Virus record (IMG/VR): IMGVR_UViG_3300022661_000054
From: a virus
Lineage: Duplodnaviria > Heunggongvirae > Uroviricota > Caudoviricetes
Reading direction: 5' to 3' (one strand)
DNA length: 64,000 nucleotides
The position numbers and the translations under genes are program-made. The notes beneath the pieces were generated by a model, which searched no databases, had not been told where the DNA came from, and saw only the letters and a program-made list of their open reading frames with translations. Positions 39,259 to 48,961 of the stretch are shown here, piece by piece (the stretch's first letter is position 1; the number at the start of each line of letters is the position of its first letter).

Positions 39259-39522
39259 TTATTTAGTAAGGTCTTCTCGGATCATACGACGAATATTTCT
39301 AAACAAAGCATTATAACTTTCTCTACAAACGCTACCATACCACAAAGGATGCGACATCAAATGTTCCTTGTCATCATCAAGTCGAATTTCAGTGCCGTCA
39401 CGTTTATGAATCTTATGACATTCTTCACAAATATAATATTTATCTCTGGTAAAGAATCTTACAAGCAGATTTGGAAAGTGTTTTGCTTTAAATCTAACAT
39501 CATAGTAAATTCTTTTTAACAT
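39259..39522 (-). CDS. Small zinc-ribbon protein (87 aa)
   Basis: CEECHKIH plus H...C. RBS is GGAGGCA. Confidence 0.6.
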   Translation of the reverse strand: MLKRIYYDVRFKAKHFPNLLVRFFTRDKYYICEECHKIHKRDGTEIRLDDDKEHLMSHPLWYGSVCRESYNALFRNIRRMIREDLTK

Positions 39523-39553
39523 AGTCTGCCTCCATAATTTTTAATAAAACAAA

Positions 39554-39585
39554 AGTTCCATTGATATATTATACAATCAATGGAA
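39554..39585 (-). terminator. Stem-loop (11-bp stem) with a T-run immediately upstream of the 39259..39522 RBS. Possible terminator or attenuator
   Basis: gttccattgat / atcaatggaac, then TTTTGTTTT on the minus strand. Confidence 0.4.
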
Positions 39586-40079
39586 CCTAAATTTAAGTAT
39601 TTTATTAAATATATGTAAAAGATATGAATAATAAAAGTAGACAAGCAATTAACAACAGTTATTATTCATATCTAGTAATAGGAAGTTTTATATAGAAACA
39701 GTTTACAGCTACAAAAATATTATAACACAAATTATTGTATTTGTAAACTGGTTTTTGTTTTTGGAGAAGATAGATATGAATAGCTTATAGTTGTTGGGTT
39801 GTTTACATGAATTTATTTAGGAGTACTTAATACAAGTCGTAAAAGGTGTGATGCAATTTAGGGGGATTGCATATTTAAACTTATATTACTATAAAGCTAT
39901 CCATATCTATTTCTATAAATAATGTTGAATATGATAAGAGGTGACTGATAGTCACAAGAGATATTATAACATGACAAAAAGAATTTGTAAACACCTTTTT
40001 ATATTATTTTTAAATATATCTAAAAGGCTCCTATTTAACTTCTAGAGCATTTTATATATTAAGAATGATTCTATATATC

Positions 40080-40256
40080 TTAACAAGAAGTAGAGTATTC
40101 TGCATGTGAATATTTAGGTTCTGCAGCATCTTTAGGAAATCTGTTTATAAATTCTTTTAATAACGGCAAATCTACATACAGCTCACCATTAACCCTAATA
40201 GTATCTAAACAATCAAGGCATTCTACAAAAGCATCTAAGTCAATTACGTATTTCAT
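40080..40256 (-). CDS. Unlisted small CxxC protein (58 aa), MKYVIDLDAFVECLDCLD...
   Basis: ATG with a GGAGG RBS (acgtGGAGGaagagtaact). The ORF is intact and sits directly after the stop of the 365-aa gene. Confidence 0.5.
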   Translation of the reverse strand: MKYVIDLDAFVECLDCLDTIRVNGELYVDLPLLKEFINRFPKDAAEPKYSHAEYSTSC

Positions 40257-40258
40257 AG

Positions 40259-41356
40259 TTACTCTTCCTCCACGTACTTAATACCAAATTCTTTAATCTT
40301 TTCCATAATTGTCTCATTAAGCTCAAATGGTTCAAAACCATAACCAAATGTACCTTTACCTAAGAAATAATAAAATGTTCTATATCTATCACAGCCTTTA
40401 TAGTTATAAGACTCTTGAAGTTTTTCTGAGAATGCTTTAAAATCATAGGTCTTATCCATTACTCCTTGTTTAAAGTCTTCTTCTGAGCAGTCCATTTCAA
40501 TCTTGCCCACAATAGTTCGCTTTGGACAAGTCTTCTTTACATCCGGATAAGAATAAATAGAACTATCATATTCGTCTAAAATAGTCTTGAGCGAGCGGTC
40601 TCGATACAGGCTCTCAAACAAGTGGTATGTAACAGGCTTTTTAAGCTTAGTAATCTTACAGTCGCTGATATCAAAATGATGATAGTGCCAAGTAGCGTTT
40701 TTCTCTCCAGGGTCAAAATCATAATACTTTGTGATTGTGCCAAGATATACATCATTAATAGTTGCAGTACTGATTCTATCACCAAAAGTAAACTTAGAAG
40801 TCTGTGACTTCTTAAGACTACTCATAAGTTCTCTATCTTTTACGCACTGCTGATAAGTATACGAGCCTTCAATAGTCATACCTACTTTACCTTTTTGTGT
40901 AATAAAAATAAGCGGGCTTTGGCACTTACCTTTATTAAAAGAAGCATTCTTCAGAAGATCGAGCAGCATATCAGAATTAATACCAATCATAAAAGTATTA
41001 TTATCTTTTGTTACAAAGCAATTCCAGAAAGAAAGCTTACCACCTTGAGAACTTCCACCTGCACAGTCTTTTAATTCAAGTTCAAAACCGTTATTTTCAA
41101 ACATAAATTCTACAGGCTCATGTTCGATTTCATATTCGCGTTCCCATTTGCCAGTTTCTTCGTTTCTAAAAGATGGACCGTACTCAGTCCACTTAGCCCA
41201 ATGGCGAGCAGATTCTAACTGCTTCTTATTTGAAGGGTCTACTAAGTATGCTTGATAACAATCACGTTTTCCACGACCGAAGCTATCATCGTGGTCAGCT
41301 TCATCTCTACACACGAGCATAATTTTGTCAAGCAATTTATATCCTTGATAATCCAT
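40259..41356 (-). CDS. Hypothetical protein (365 aa)
   Basis: Long ORF with no recognised motif. Confidence 0.75.
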   Translation of the reverse strand: MDYQGYKLLDKIMLVCRDEADHDDSFGRGKRDCYQAYLVDPSNKKQLESARHWAKWTEYGPSFRNEETGKWEREYEIEHEPVEFMFENNGFELELKDCAGGSSQGGKLSFWNCFVTKDNNTFMIGINSDMLLDLLKNASFNKGKCQSPLIFITQKGKVGMTIEGSYTYQQCVKDRELMSSLKKSQTSKFTFGDRISTATINDVYLGTITKYYDFDPGEKNATWHYHHFDISDCKITKLKKPVTYHLFESLYRDRSLKTILDEYDSSIYSYPDVKKTCPKRTIVGKIEMDCSEEDFKQGVMDKTYDFKAFSEKLQESYNYKGCDRYRTFYYFLGKGTFGYGFEPFELNETIMEKIKEFGIKYVEEE

Positions 41357-41431
41357 AATCAGATCTCCAATATAGTTTATTTATTTTATTATACAACAAA
41401 AGACAGGCCAGTTTAAGACCTGTCTTTAAAT

Positions 41432-41719
41432 TTAATTTTTTGTCATTTTCCAGCCAAGCTGTCGCATCTTCTTAAGACATAACTCCATTTCATACATAGA
41501 CAAACCTACACAAGTACTACCAATATTCTTAGCGTCTGATAAATCTTTATCATAGGACTGTACTATATGTCTGCCGCTAGCTTTATGTGCTAAATGAAGA
41601 ACTTGAGTAAACTTATATTCCTCATTATATCTCTCATAAACAACACCGTAACAGCTTTCTTCAATTTTCTCAAAACCAAGATCAGCAAATCTATCATCTA
41701 CAGTCTTAAATAACTTCAT
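41432..41719 (-). CDS. Hypothetical protein (95 aa)
   Basis: ORF. Confidence 0.6.
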   Translation of the reverse strand: MKLFKTVDDRFADLGFEKIEESCYGVVYERYNEEYKFTQVLHLAHKASGRHIVQSYDKDLSDAKNIGSTCVGLSMYEMELCLKKMRQLGWKMTKN

Positions 41720-41730
41720 AATGGTACTCC

Positions 41731-41979
41731 TTACTTAGTAACACAGAAATCTTTGCCACAAGCCATGCAAGTGCAATGAACCGTAGTAGTATTTCTATCT
41801 GGGTTTATGTTCACACCGTCTTTATAAATAGGCGGATAATAAACACAAGTAGAAGTACTAAAATTTTCCATATAGTAGCTTTCTCCACAATGCGGACAAC
41901 AATAATGAATATCCACGTCGCCTTTATAAATAGTACTTACACAGTCAACTGTTTCTATATTAAGTTTCTCTGTATCCAT
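41731..41979 (-). CDS. Cys-rich zinc-ribbon protein (82 aa)
   Basis: CCPHCGESYY...CTCMACGKDF. Confidence 0.6.
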   Translation of the reverse strand: MDTEKLNIETVDCVSTIYKGDVDIHYCCPHCGESYYMENFSTSTCVYYPPIYKDGVNINPDRNTTTVHCTCMACGKDFCVTK

Positions 41980-42365
41980 TAAGTAAACCTCCTTGATGAT
42001 TTCTTTTTCTTTTCAATAGCAGCTTCACATTCAGCCTTAGTCCAAAAGACTGTCTTACCAAAACTCGTAAATCTATAGCGCGTGTTACCGGCAATAAAGC
42101 CCCACTCAATAGACTTGCCTGATTTCTTCTTATTAATTTCCGTAACTATAATCTCTTTAGGCCTCATATAAGAAGCATTATAATAACCGCCTTCGATATA
42201 CCAGACTCTATCACCAATATCCACAGGAGGTGCTACTACGTTTTGAGAAACTAGGTAGTCAGCAAGTAACTTACTTTCATCTTCAGTAAAGTAGTGTACA
42301 AAACCTATAGCTGACTCATCCTCATAATAACCATTAAGTATTTCTATTAGCTTAGTTTCTGTCAT
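41979..42365 (-). CDS. Hypothetical protein (128 aa)
   Basis: ORF coupled to neighbours. Confidence 0.65.
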   Translation of the reverse strand: MTETKLIEILNGYYEDESAIGFVHYFTEDESKLLADYLVSQNVVAPPVDIGDRVWYIEGGYYNASYMRPKEIIVTEINKKKSGKSIEWGFIAGNTRYRFTSFGKTVFWTKAECEAAIEKKKKSSRRFT

Positions 42366-42738
42366 TAGTTACTGCCACCTTTTTCGCTTCTTCTTTAGAG
42401 CAAAAGACATTAACACCAAACTGATAGTCTTCCCAAAACCTTCTATTATGTCTTTCAAGAATAGGTTTCGGTCCAGCCTTCGTAATAGTAATAAACTTTA
42501 CTGTGTCAGTATCAATTTCTCCAGTTCTCTTATCTATATAATACAATGTGTCGCCAGGAGAATAAGGTAACATCATAGATTTTTCTAAAGTTCTTGCTGC
42601 TTCGTCACAGGTTTTTGCAATATCCTGAAGCAACATAATGTCATAATCATTTAATGGAGCAGGTGCAGCTTTAGCTCTATTTCTTAGAAATAAATCCGCA
42701 TCATCCAGCTCGCTAATAAGTTTTTTAGTATCAATCAT
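42352..42738 (-). CDS. Hypothetical protein (128 aa)
   Basis: ORF. Confidence 0.65.
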   Translation of the reverse strand: MIDTKKLISELDDADLFLRNRAKAAPAPLNDYDIMLLQDIAKTCDEAARTLEKSMMLPYSPGDTLYYIDKRTGEIDTDTVKFITITKAGPKPILERHNRRFWEDYQFGVNVFCSKEEAKKVAVTNDRN

Positions 42739-43123
42739 TTATAAGCTCCTGTTCTCTTTTAAGCGCTTCTGCTTCCGCGTCTTCTAAGTTAGTAAATAGA
42801 TACTTATTAAAATCGTCTAAAGTATAATCACCAACAGAGTGGTTTATAGTAACACGAATCTTCCAAGACTTATCTACCTTCTGCTGAAGCATTGAGACCT
42901 TGCCATGCTCAACTTCATAACCAATAGTTTTAAACTGATTATCCTCGTATTTATGCAAAGTTCTTATTGACCACACAGGCTGGCCTACAAAAGCAGGCAA
43001 CTTTACGTACTGGTCTTTAGATTTAAAATCAGTAGCGCACTCATTTACTGTCATATCAGTTTCTTCTGTGATATGATAATGGCAGGCTTCGTAGCATAAA
43101 CAATCTTTACATGTAGTATTCAT
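42731..43123 (-). CDS. Hypothetical Cys-containing protein (130 aa)
   Basis: ORF. CKDCLCYEACHYH. Confidence 0.65.
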   Translation of the reverse strand: MNTTCKDCLCYEACHYHITEETDMTVNECATDFKSKDQYVKLPAFVGQPVWSIRTLHKYEDNQFKTIGYEVEHGKVSMLQQKVDKSWKIRVTINHSVGDYTLDDFNKYLFTNLEDAEAEALKREQELIND

Positions 43124-43445
43124 TCGAATCTCCTATTGTTTCTTCTATAAGATTATTAATCTTATCAATTAGATATAAAGCACTCGCCTCTTCATTAGTA
43201 TTATACGGTGCATAACATTGCTTTAGTTTATTAATAAAGGTTTTAACGCCTACTGTTTGTTGTGTAATTATAAAGTCTTTTAGGAACGCTATATCTTTAG
43301 AAAAGTTTTTAATATCCTCATCTTGAACTTCTTTAGGTTTATCAAACCAAAGCTCTCTACCAGCGCGTTGACCATAAAAGAAATCAAACTTATCTAATAT
43401 ATCTAAAGCTTTAATTATCTCATTATTATACTGTTCTGTGCTCAT
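43107..43445 (-). CDS. Hypothetical protein (112 aa)
   Basis: ORF. Confidence 0.65.
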   Translation of the reverse strand: MSTEQYNNEIIKALDILDKFDFFYGQRAGRELWFDKPKEVQDEDIKNFSKDIAFLKDFIITQQTVGVKTFINKLKQCYAPYNTNEEASALYLIDKINNLIEETIGDSNEYYM

Positions 43446-43804
43446 TGGCCATGTTCTCCTGTATGTAGTGAATCAAAAGTAATCTGCTCCCAGTCTTCTT
43501 TACTATCTAATGTTACATTAACTTTAGGAACCATTTTGCTACCACATTCGGGGCAGAAGTTATATCTATGCTTAGGAACGTGTTTTTTACAAACACTGCA
43601 CTCCATCATAGTTGTTGAATAATAATCCCAATGACCTAAAGTAGCTTTCTTATAGCCAAGTCCATAAATAATTTTGGCATGCTGCTGAGGCGTAGAGCAA
43701 TGACCGTCTCTATCTATACAAGTACATGTAGGATATCTGCTACACAAGTCCTTCGCTATTTCGTTAATCTGTCGCTCTTTTAGAGCTTCAACTTCTTCAA
43801 ACAT
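43442..43804 (-). CDS. Zinc-ribbon protein (120 aa)
   Basis: CSVCKKH...CPECGSK. Confidence 0.65.
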   Translation of the reverse strand: MFEEVEALKERQINEIAKDLCSRYPTCTCIDRDGHCSTPQQHAKIIYGLGYKKATLGHWDYYSTTMMECSVCKKHVPKHRYNFCPECGSKMVPKVNVTLDSKEDWEQITFDSLHTGEHGQ

Positions 43805-43805
43805 T

Positions 43806-44084
43806 TTAAATTAAACCCTCCTTCGCAGCTTGTACAATTTTATCAGTAAATTCTATGTGGTCTTTATCTACAAATACGGTAGGAAATCTATCACCGTTAA
43901 GAACAGCTACAATTTCATCAACTGAACCATAAGGTTTAAGCTTACTTAAAACATTAGCATACTCACAAGTATTATCACATTCTTCTGTATAAGAATGACC
44001 TCCTCTATTCATACAATCAAAACAAGGACTATACATATTAACACTCACTTTCTGGTTTACAGTGCTTGCAAGGTCTACAACCAA
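43806..44084 (-). CDS. Hypothetical Cys-rich protein (92 aa)
   Basis: ORF. Confidence 0.6.
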   Translation of the reverse strand: MVVDLASTVNQKVSVNMYSPCFDCMNRGGHSYTEECDNTCEYANVLSKLKPYGSVDEIVAVLNGDRFPTVFVDKDHIEFTDKIVQAAKEGLI

Positions 44085-44198
44085 AAGTAATGCCTTCTTC
44101 TGCTGAGTTAAACCATACTCTATTTTCTTCTTTAATATTCTTTACATGATAACAATCTTCTCTACAGAGAATCTTATATTTCTTTGAACATACGTATC

Positions 44199-44855
44199 TC
44201 ATTTAAACTTAGCTCCCTTACATCCTTCAACAGTTAGACCTTTCATAGCAGTACCACAGTTAGGACAGAACTTGTAAGTATCATTTGCCTTCTGGTTACA
44301 CTCAGAGCATACAACTAACTTAAACATGAAGTCAGGACACTCCTCATCAGTCTCAAGTCTCCAGGTCGCTTGCTTATTAGAAAGTCTAGAAATCCTATTA
44401 ATAGCATCTTCAGGAGTATGTCCATCCCAGGTAGGAGCTCTGTCTAGTTCTTTTACTTTGAACATATCCCAATAAGGGTCAATGTCATAATGATAAGTTG
44501 CCTGACCTTCTGGTGTTTCAATACCTACTATAAACATTCCTTCGAACATATCACCAGTATCATGTAACTTACTCTTCCAAGCTTTGTCTGGAAACATATT
44601 ACAAATTACTGAAAACAGAACTGCTCTATGATGATAGAGCTCATTAAATGTATGATAACCATCTGACAAGTCACCAATACCAGTTTTTGGAACTTCTACT
44701 ACATTTACTATACGTGCTTTTGCCAACATAGTAAGAAAATGCTTATGCTCATGAAGATGCATTTGCCTTTGAATGCTATTTGAGTGTGGATTATTTCGTT
44801 TACTATGTATTACTTCTGTTTCCAGTTCACTAATATCTATATATCTTTTTTTCAT
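44199..44855 (-). CDS. Hypothetical protein (218 aa) with a C-terminal zinc ribbon
   Basis: CSECNQK...CPNCG. Confidence 0.7.
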   Translation of the reverse strand: MKKRYIDISELETEVIHSKRNNPHSNSIQRQMHLHEHKHFLTMLAKARIVNVVEVPKTGIGDLSDGYHTFNELYHHRAVLFSVICNMFPDKAWKSKLHDTGDMFEGMFIVGIETPEGQATYHYDIDPYWDMFKVKELDRAPTWDGHTPEDAINRISRLSNKQATWRLETDEECPDFMFKLVVCSECNQKANDTYKFCPNCGTAMKGLTVEGCKGAKFK

Positions 44856-45149
44856 CTATTCACCGTCCATTCTACTACCACAGTACGGACAATAAGGAAG
44901 TTCATTAGGCGTCTTACCGAAAGGAATTAGTCTATGACAGGATGCACACTTAATATCCCATACACCATTATTAGGAAAGCCTGTCCACTTACTATGTTTT
45001 ACCGTGTCTGCTTTGGGCGCATTATTCAGTAGATTAATAAAGTAACGCTCTGCCTCTTCAACTTGAACCATGCCGCATTCATCTGTACCAGGAATCAAGT
45101 TTCTCTGTACTTGCAGAATAATAGGTCCTACATCTACTAACTTATTCAT
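44856..45149 (-). CDS. Zinc-ribbon protein (97 aa). The start is re-assigned from the ORF-track start at 45350
   Basis: The internal ATG at 45149 is preceded by CTTAAGGAGGCAGTTG and overlaps the upstream stop by 8 nt. The longer ORF-track form would overlap the upstream gene by about 200 nt. Confidence 0.6.
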   Translation of the reverse strand: MNKLVDVGPIILQVQRNLIPGTDECGMVQVEEAERYFINLLNNAPKADTVKHSKWTGFPNNGVWDIKCASCHRLIPFGKTPNELPYCPYCGSRMDGE

Positions 45150-45792
45150 CAACTGCCTCCTTAAGCCACATCTCAATAATTTCTTGAGTGCCAGGATTCT
45201 TCTTATTTTGGAAGAATCTACATTCATCATATACTTCGCAATAAGAACATTCTGTTTCGTTCCTAAATAAAAGTTCAAAGCCAAGCTTAGACATAGAGTC
45301 TTCTCTCTTAACAATCTCTGATTCGCACCTGGAGCAATACTTATTATCAAACCAAGTCATCCACGGAGAATCATCATGCTGTCCGTGGTCATCAATCCAC
45401 TTAGCTAATTCTTCTATAGACATAGATTTAAATTTAGTATATCTAGTTTTCATATTATTTCTCCTTAAAGACGATATCGCTCGTTCCGCCGCTTCCCTAG
45501 TAAATCTGTACCAAGAAATTAACTGGCCGCTGGATACATGATTAATAGGTACTAATCGAAATTCGTCACAACAGCCATTATTATCATAGTAGTTATAAAC
45601 TAATGGCAGTCCTTCTCTATTATACTTGCCGGTCCACGGCACTTCAATAATACCATAGTCTGCCCAAAGGAATACAACCCAAAGCTTTTCTAGAGAATCG
45701 AGATAAGCTTTTGTTTTGCCATTATTCTTAAGAATCTTCTTTCGCCAAGTCAACACTGATAATATATCCTTCCCTATGTTTTTCCGGAACAT
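45142..45792 (-). CDS. Hypothetical protein (216 aa)
   Basis: ORF. Its start may be downstream of the listed one. Confidence 0.6.
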   Translation of the reverse strand: MFRKNIGKDILSVLTWRKKILKNNGKTKAYLDSLEKLWVVFLWADYGIIEVPWTGKYNREGLPLVYNYYDNNGCCDEFRLVPINHVSSGQLISWYRFTREAAERAISSLRRNNMKTRYTKFKSMSIEELAKWIDDHGQHDDSPWMTWFDNKYCSRCESEIVKREDSMSKLGFELLFRNETECSYCEVYDECRFFQNKKNPGTQEIIEMWLKEAVDE

Positions 45793-45946
45793 AATCCATA
45801 TCTAAAGGATTTTCTTTTCTTTCTTGTTCAGTTTTACAAGAATACCAATCATCATCTAAAGGAGTTATCTCATCGTTCCACCGATCTCCACCAAGCAAAG
45901 TTGCCATTATACATCTTCCTTTCTGCTTCCACAATGGCAGAAGCAA
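45728..45946 (-). CDS. Hypothetical small protein (72 aa)
   Basis: ORF. Confidence 0.5.
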   Translation of the reverse strand: MLLPLWKQKGRCIMATLLGGDRWNDEITPLDDDWYSCKTEQERKENPLDMDYVPEKHREGYIISVDLAKEDS

Positions 45947-46254
45947 GTATCAGTTAAATTCCAAAGTCCACTCTTTCGACAGAAGTATTCTCCAATGCCG
46001 TTTTTGACCCATTCAGATTTATACTGGCAGTCTTTGCATCTTACTATTTCTTCTACATCTGCTGTAGGTCTTTCATCTATAACATCACAAGCAAGAATTA
46101 GACCGTTTTTCCAGTCTTCCCCTTCATGCCAATACATCGGATCTTGTAGACGTTTATTTATCTCATAAAGAACAGACTCTTTTTCTATATATTCTTTCTT
46201 ATTCACTTGTCTTCCTCCGAGTCCACATCTTCCTCTGTTAAACCAAAGTAACAA
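45907..46254 (-). CDS. Cys-rich hypothetical protein (115 aa)
   Basis: CKDCQYKSE...CFCHCG. Confidence 0.6.
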   Translation of the reverse strand: MLLWFNRGRCGLGGRQVNKKEYIEKESVLYEINKRLQDPMYWHEGEDWKNGLILACDVIDERPTADVEEIVRCKDCQYKSEWVKNGIGEYFCRKSGLWNLTDTCFCHCGSRKEDV

Positions 46255-46317
46255 CCGTCGCTTCGGCAGGATTCCTCACAGTAGCCTTCTTCTTTTAATA
46301 TAATACAGTCTCTACAG

Positions 46318-46686
46318 TTAATCCATTGATCCATTGTTATCTTTCTCCTGATTAAACTTAGTGCCACAGTTAGGACAGTAGTTCATTGTTTTCCAAGGGA
46401 AAGCATGCCAGCATTCTGAGCACTTATAAAACATCTTACCTTCATGTACACTAGCAAAAGTAAGTTTACCATATCTAATAGGCACTACCTCTGCCATCGG
46501 TTCAAGAGCAACCAGTTCAATAGCATCTTCATAATCTGCTTGATACTTCTGCATGCCTTCCATTTTATGGATTAAAGCGGTTCTTTCTATATATTCTTTC
46601 TTTACGGAAGGCTCTGGAACATAGTCTGGATTTACTTTATTAAAGCTTTCTGTGTGTTTAGTCATCGTCGTCATGCCTCCTACCAA
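46318..46686 (-). CDS. Zinc-ribbon protein (122 aa)
   Basis: CSECWHAF...CPNCGTKF. Confidence 0.65.
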   Translation of the reverse strand: MVGGMTTMTKHTESFNKVNPDYVPEPSVKKEYIERTALIHKMEGMQKYQADYEDAIELVALEPMAEVVPIRYGKLTFASVHEGKMFYKCSECWHAFPWKTMNYCPNCGTKFNQEKDNNGSMD

Positions 46687-46918
46687 CCGTACAGAGTTTA
46701 TAAAACCAGAAACAGATAGTTACTACCGGACTCGTTACGTTAAATACAAGGGCAAGGCATAAAGCACCGAACCAGTTAACTCTACGATCTTTATATATGT
46801 ATAATGGATTAAGTCTTTCTACTTCTATACAGTATCCGATACGAGCAGTGAAACCTAGAATAAAGAATCCTATAAAATTCCAAATAATGATTAGTACAAT
46901 AACAGCTACAATATTCAT
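46658..46918 (-). CDS. Small membrane protein (86 aa)
   Basis: Two TM helices. Confidence 0.55.
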   Translation of the reverse strand: MNIVAVIVLIIIWNFIGFFILGFTARIGYCIEVERLNPLYIYKDRRVNWFGALCLALVFNVTSPVVTICFWFYKLCTVGRRHDDDD

Positions 46919-47188
46919 TTAGCCCTCCGAACAGAACCCGTCAGGATTGACGTTCTTATTAAAATATGTACAATATAAAATACCATCCACATCAATGGAC
47001 TGACCGCAAAACTCACATCTAGTTACTTCTTCTACATCCTTGGCTAAAGGAAGTTCCAATGCTGCATGCTTAATATCTGATACTAGAGTTTGTGCTTCAT
47101 GCCCTTCTAATTCACGGAAGAATCTATTAAGCATATCTAATACTGCTTCTTGTTTAATATACTTATTATACATATTACTCAACTCCAT
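46919..47188 (-). CDS. Cys-containing hypothetical protein (89 aa)
   Basis: CEFCGQS...CTYF. Confidence 0.6.
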   Translation of the reverse strand: MELSNMYNKYIKQEAVLDMLNRFFRELEGHEAQTLVSDIKHAALELPLAKDVEEVTRCEFCGQSIDVDGILYCTYFNKNVNPDGFCSEG

Positions 47189-47348
47189 ACATAGTATTTA
47201 ACTTACATTTCTTACATCTCTCGCAGGGCTCATCATCATATTCTGATTTAACAAATCCTTCGCACTTACCATCACGCTGTTTAGGTCTTCCAAGACCGTC
47301 ATATATACTTAGTTGAATTAACAGGCAGTTATCTAATGTTCTTTTCAT
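47175..47348 (-). CDS. Small CxxC protein. The start is re-assigned to the ATG at 47348 (MKRTLDN...)
   Basis: The ORF-track start is TTG. The internal ATG has a perfect GGAGGTTAAG RBS. Confidence 0.55.
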   Translation of the reverse strand: MKRTLDNCLLIQLSIYDGLGRPKQRDGKCEGFVKSEYDDEPCERCKKCKLNTMYGVE

Positions 47349-47349
47349 C

Positions 47350-47518
47350 TTAACCTCCGACAACCATGTTCAGTAAGTTCTTTAGTAAGCTTGTCTTTCT
47401 CTTCACGAAGTTCTTTCAGAAGTAGTTTACCAAACTCGCTATTACGACTTTCAACGCCTGCAGTAGCAAGACTATCATATCTATCTAATATATTAAGTAT
47501 TCTTGCTAATCTTGTCAT
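47350..47518 (-). CDS. Unlisted small protein (55 aa), MTRLARILNILDRYDSL...
   Basis: ATG with an AAGAGG RBS. The frame is intact to a TAA at 47350. Confidence 0.45.
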
Positions 47519-47542
47519 ATATACTATACCTCTTAATGATTA

Positions 47543-47674
47543 TTAAGCTTCTTATCTAAACAGTGTGGACACTGCAAAGGAGGTAAGCCTTTTGTAAGAA
47601 CGTGACACCCGCAAATAGTACATTTAAAATAAATACCATATTCATCTTCTTTTACAAAAATCCAGTTATCCATA
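47543..47674 (-). CDS. Unlisted small zinc-ribbon protein (about 43 aa), MDNWIFVKEDEYGIYFKCTICGCH...CPHC
   Basis: ATG with a GGAGG RBS (taacGGAGGatattATG). Coordinates are accurate to about 1 nt. Confidence 0.4.
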
Positions 47675-47684
47675 ATATCCTCCG

Positions 47685-48833
47685 TTAAATAGAATATTTA
47701 TCCTTAAGTTTTTTAAATGCCTCAAGATACTCTTCCCATTTGTTCTCATTCCACTTAGAAGTAAAGTCTTCCATAGTTACCTCTCGGTCATAATTATAAT
47801 ACAGTAAGCCCTGATAAATTTTCGGCAAAGCTTGAACTAATCTGGCATAGTCACCTTTCGATAACTTACCAGATATTTCTCTACAAGCTTTAGCAAGCTG
47901 GTTTCCTATATTAGTAAATCCGTTAATAAGCTTCTGAACTTTTTCAAGTTCTTCCTTATAGTCCGAGGCGTAGCAAAGAAACTCTTCAGTCTCATTAGCA
48001 AGTATTACGCGAAGTAATAGCTTGGTAGTAATCACATTATTATTACGAGTATAGTGAGCCAGGATATAAGAAGGAGACTTTACCTTAACCCTATTGAAGT
48101 TAGCATCTGCTACTACGAATCCTTCTTGATCCCAGTCGAATTCCTCAGTTACTTTAATACATTCTTCTAGCGAAGTGAGAGGAAAGACTTTAGGAAGCTT
48201 AAACTTACCAAGTCCAAGAGCACCAGCAATCAGAGGCGAGCAGTTAAACTCTTCTCCAGTAAACTTATTGCGTGCACCGAGAAAATAGAGTTCCGGTTCT
48301 TCGTAAGGAACTACTACTCTATTATAAGGTCCTACTAGTTCGAACATATAGGTAAGGTTCTGATCTAAGCTATCAACAAAAGCACCGTAACAGTTATAGT
48401 ATTTACTAAGTACTTCTAAGAAGTAGTTTCCGAAGTCGGGCATCTTTACACCGCCTAGCTCGGCTTTGAAGGCATCAATAGTTCCATTAGTGCTGACATG
48501 CCATCTATCATCATACCAGATCTTGATCAGAGAACCATCAATCTTTTCAGTAACGAAAGAAGTAGCCCAGTCGATCTCAGGTACGTAAGATTCACCATAG
48601 TTTCCGAACTTATTAAATGCCCAGCAAACAGGAGTTTCCCACTCACCTTTACGGAAGATGATACCTCTTGCTTCTCTAACTATAGTATAGGAGAAGTCAG
48701 ATCTAATCTGGTCATAACTAAACATTACATAGGGCCCATCTTCTTTAATCTTAATGTAATAAGGTTCTTCAACAAGTACCTGTTCCCAGTCTTCATGTCT
48801 GGCGCAGAAGTAACCAATATCAGTAGTAAACAT
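47685..48833 (-). CDS. RNA ligase 1-like (T4 RnlA-like) ATP-dependent RNA ligase
   Basis: The 382-aa size is close to that of T4 Rnl1. Motif I is TEKIDGSLIK (KxDG). The N-terminal region FSYDQIRSDF...REARGIIF resembles my recollection of Rnl1 (FSYNYASYSDW...ECRGIMF). Confidence 0.75.
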   Translation of the reverse strand: MFTTDIGYFCARHEDWEQVLVEEPYYIKIKEDGPYVMFSYDQIRSDFSYTIVREARGIIFRKGEWETPVCWAFNKFGNYGESYVPEIDWATSFVTEKIDGSLIKIWYDDRWHVSTNGTIDAFKAELGGVKMPDFGNYFLEVLSKYYNCYGAFVDSLDQNLTYMFELVGPYNRVVVPYEEPELYFLGARNKFTGEEFNCSPLIAGALGLGKFKLPKVFPLTSLEECIKVTEEFDWDQEGFVVADANFNRVKVKSPSYILAHYTRNNNVITTKLLLRVILANETEEFLCYASDYKEELEKVQKLINGFTNIGNQLAKACREISGKLSKGDYARLVQALPKIYQGLLYYNYDREVTMEDFTSKWNENKWEEYLEAFKKLKDKYSI

Positions 48834-48961
48834 ATATTCTACCTCCTCAAATGATTTCGATTATACAATATATAATACAGTAAGGCATTACTAGATTCAT
48901 AAGTAAAATAAAATAGACCTAGCAAAATTTGCTAGGTCTATTAATATAATACACTTATATT

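Noticed and set aside
44856-45350. 164-aa form of the zinc-ribbon gene
   Set aside because: It would overlap the upstream 216-aa gene by about 200 nt. The internal ATG at 45149 with a GGAGG RBS gives a clean 8-nt overlap instead.
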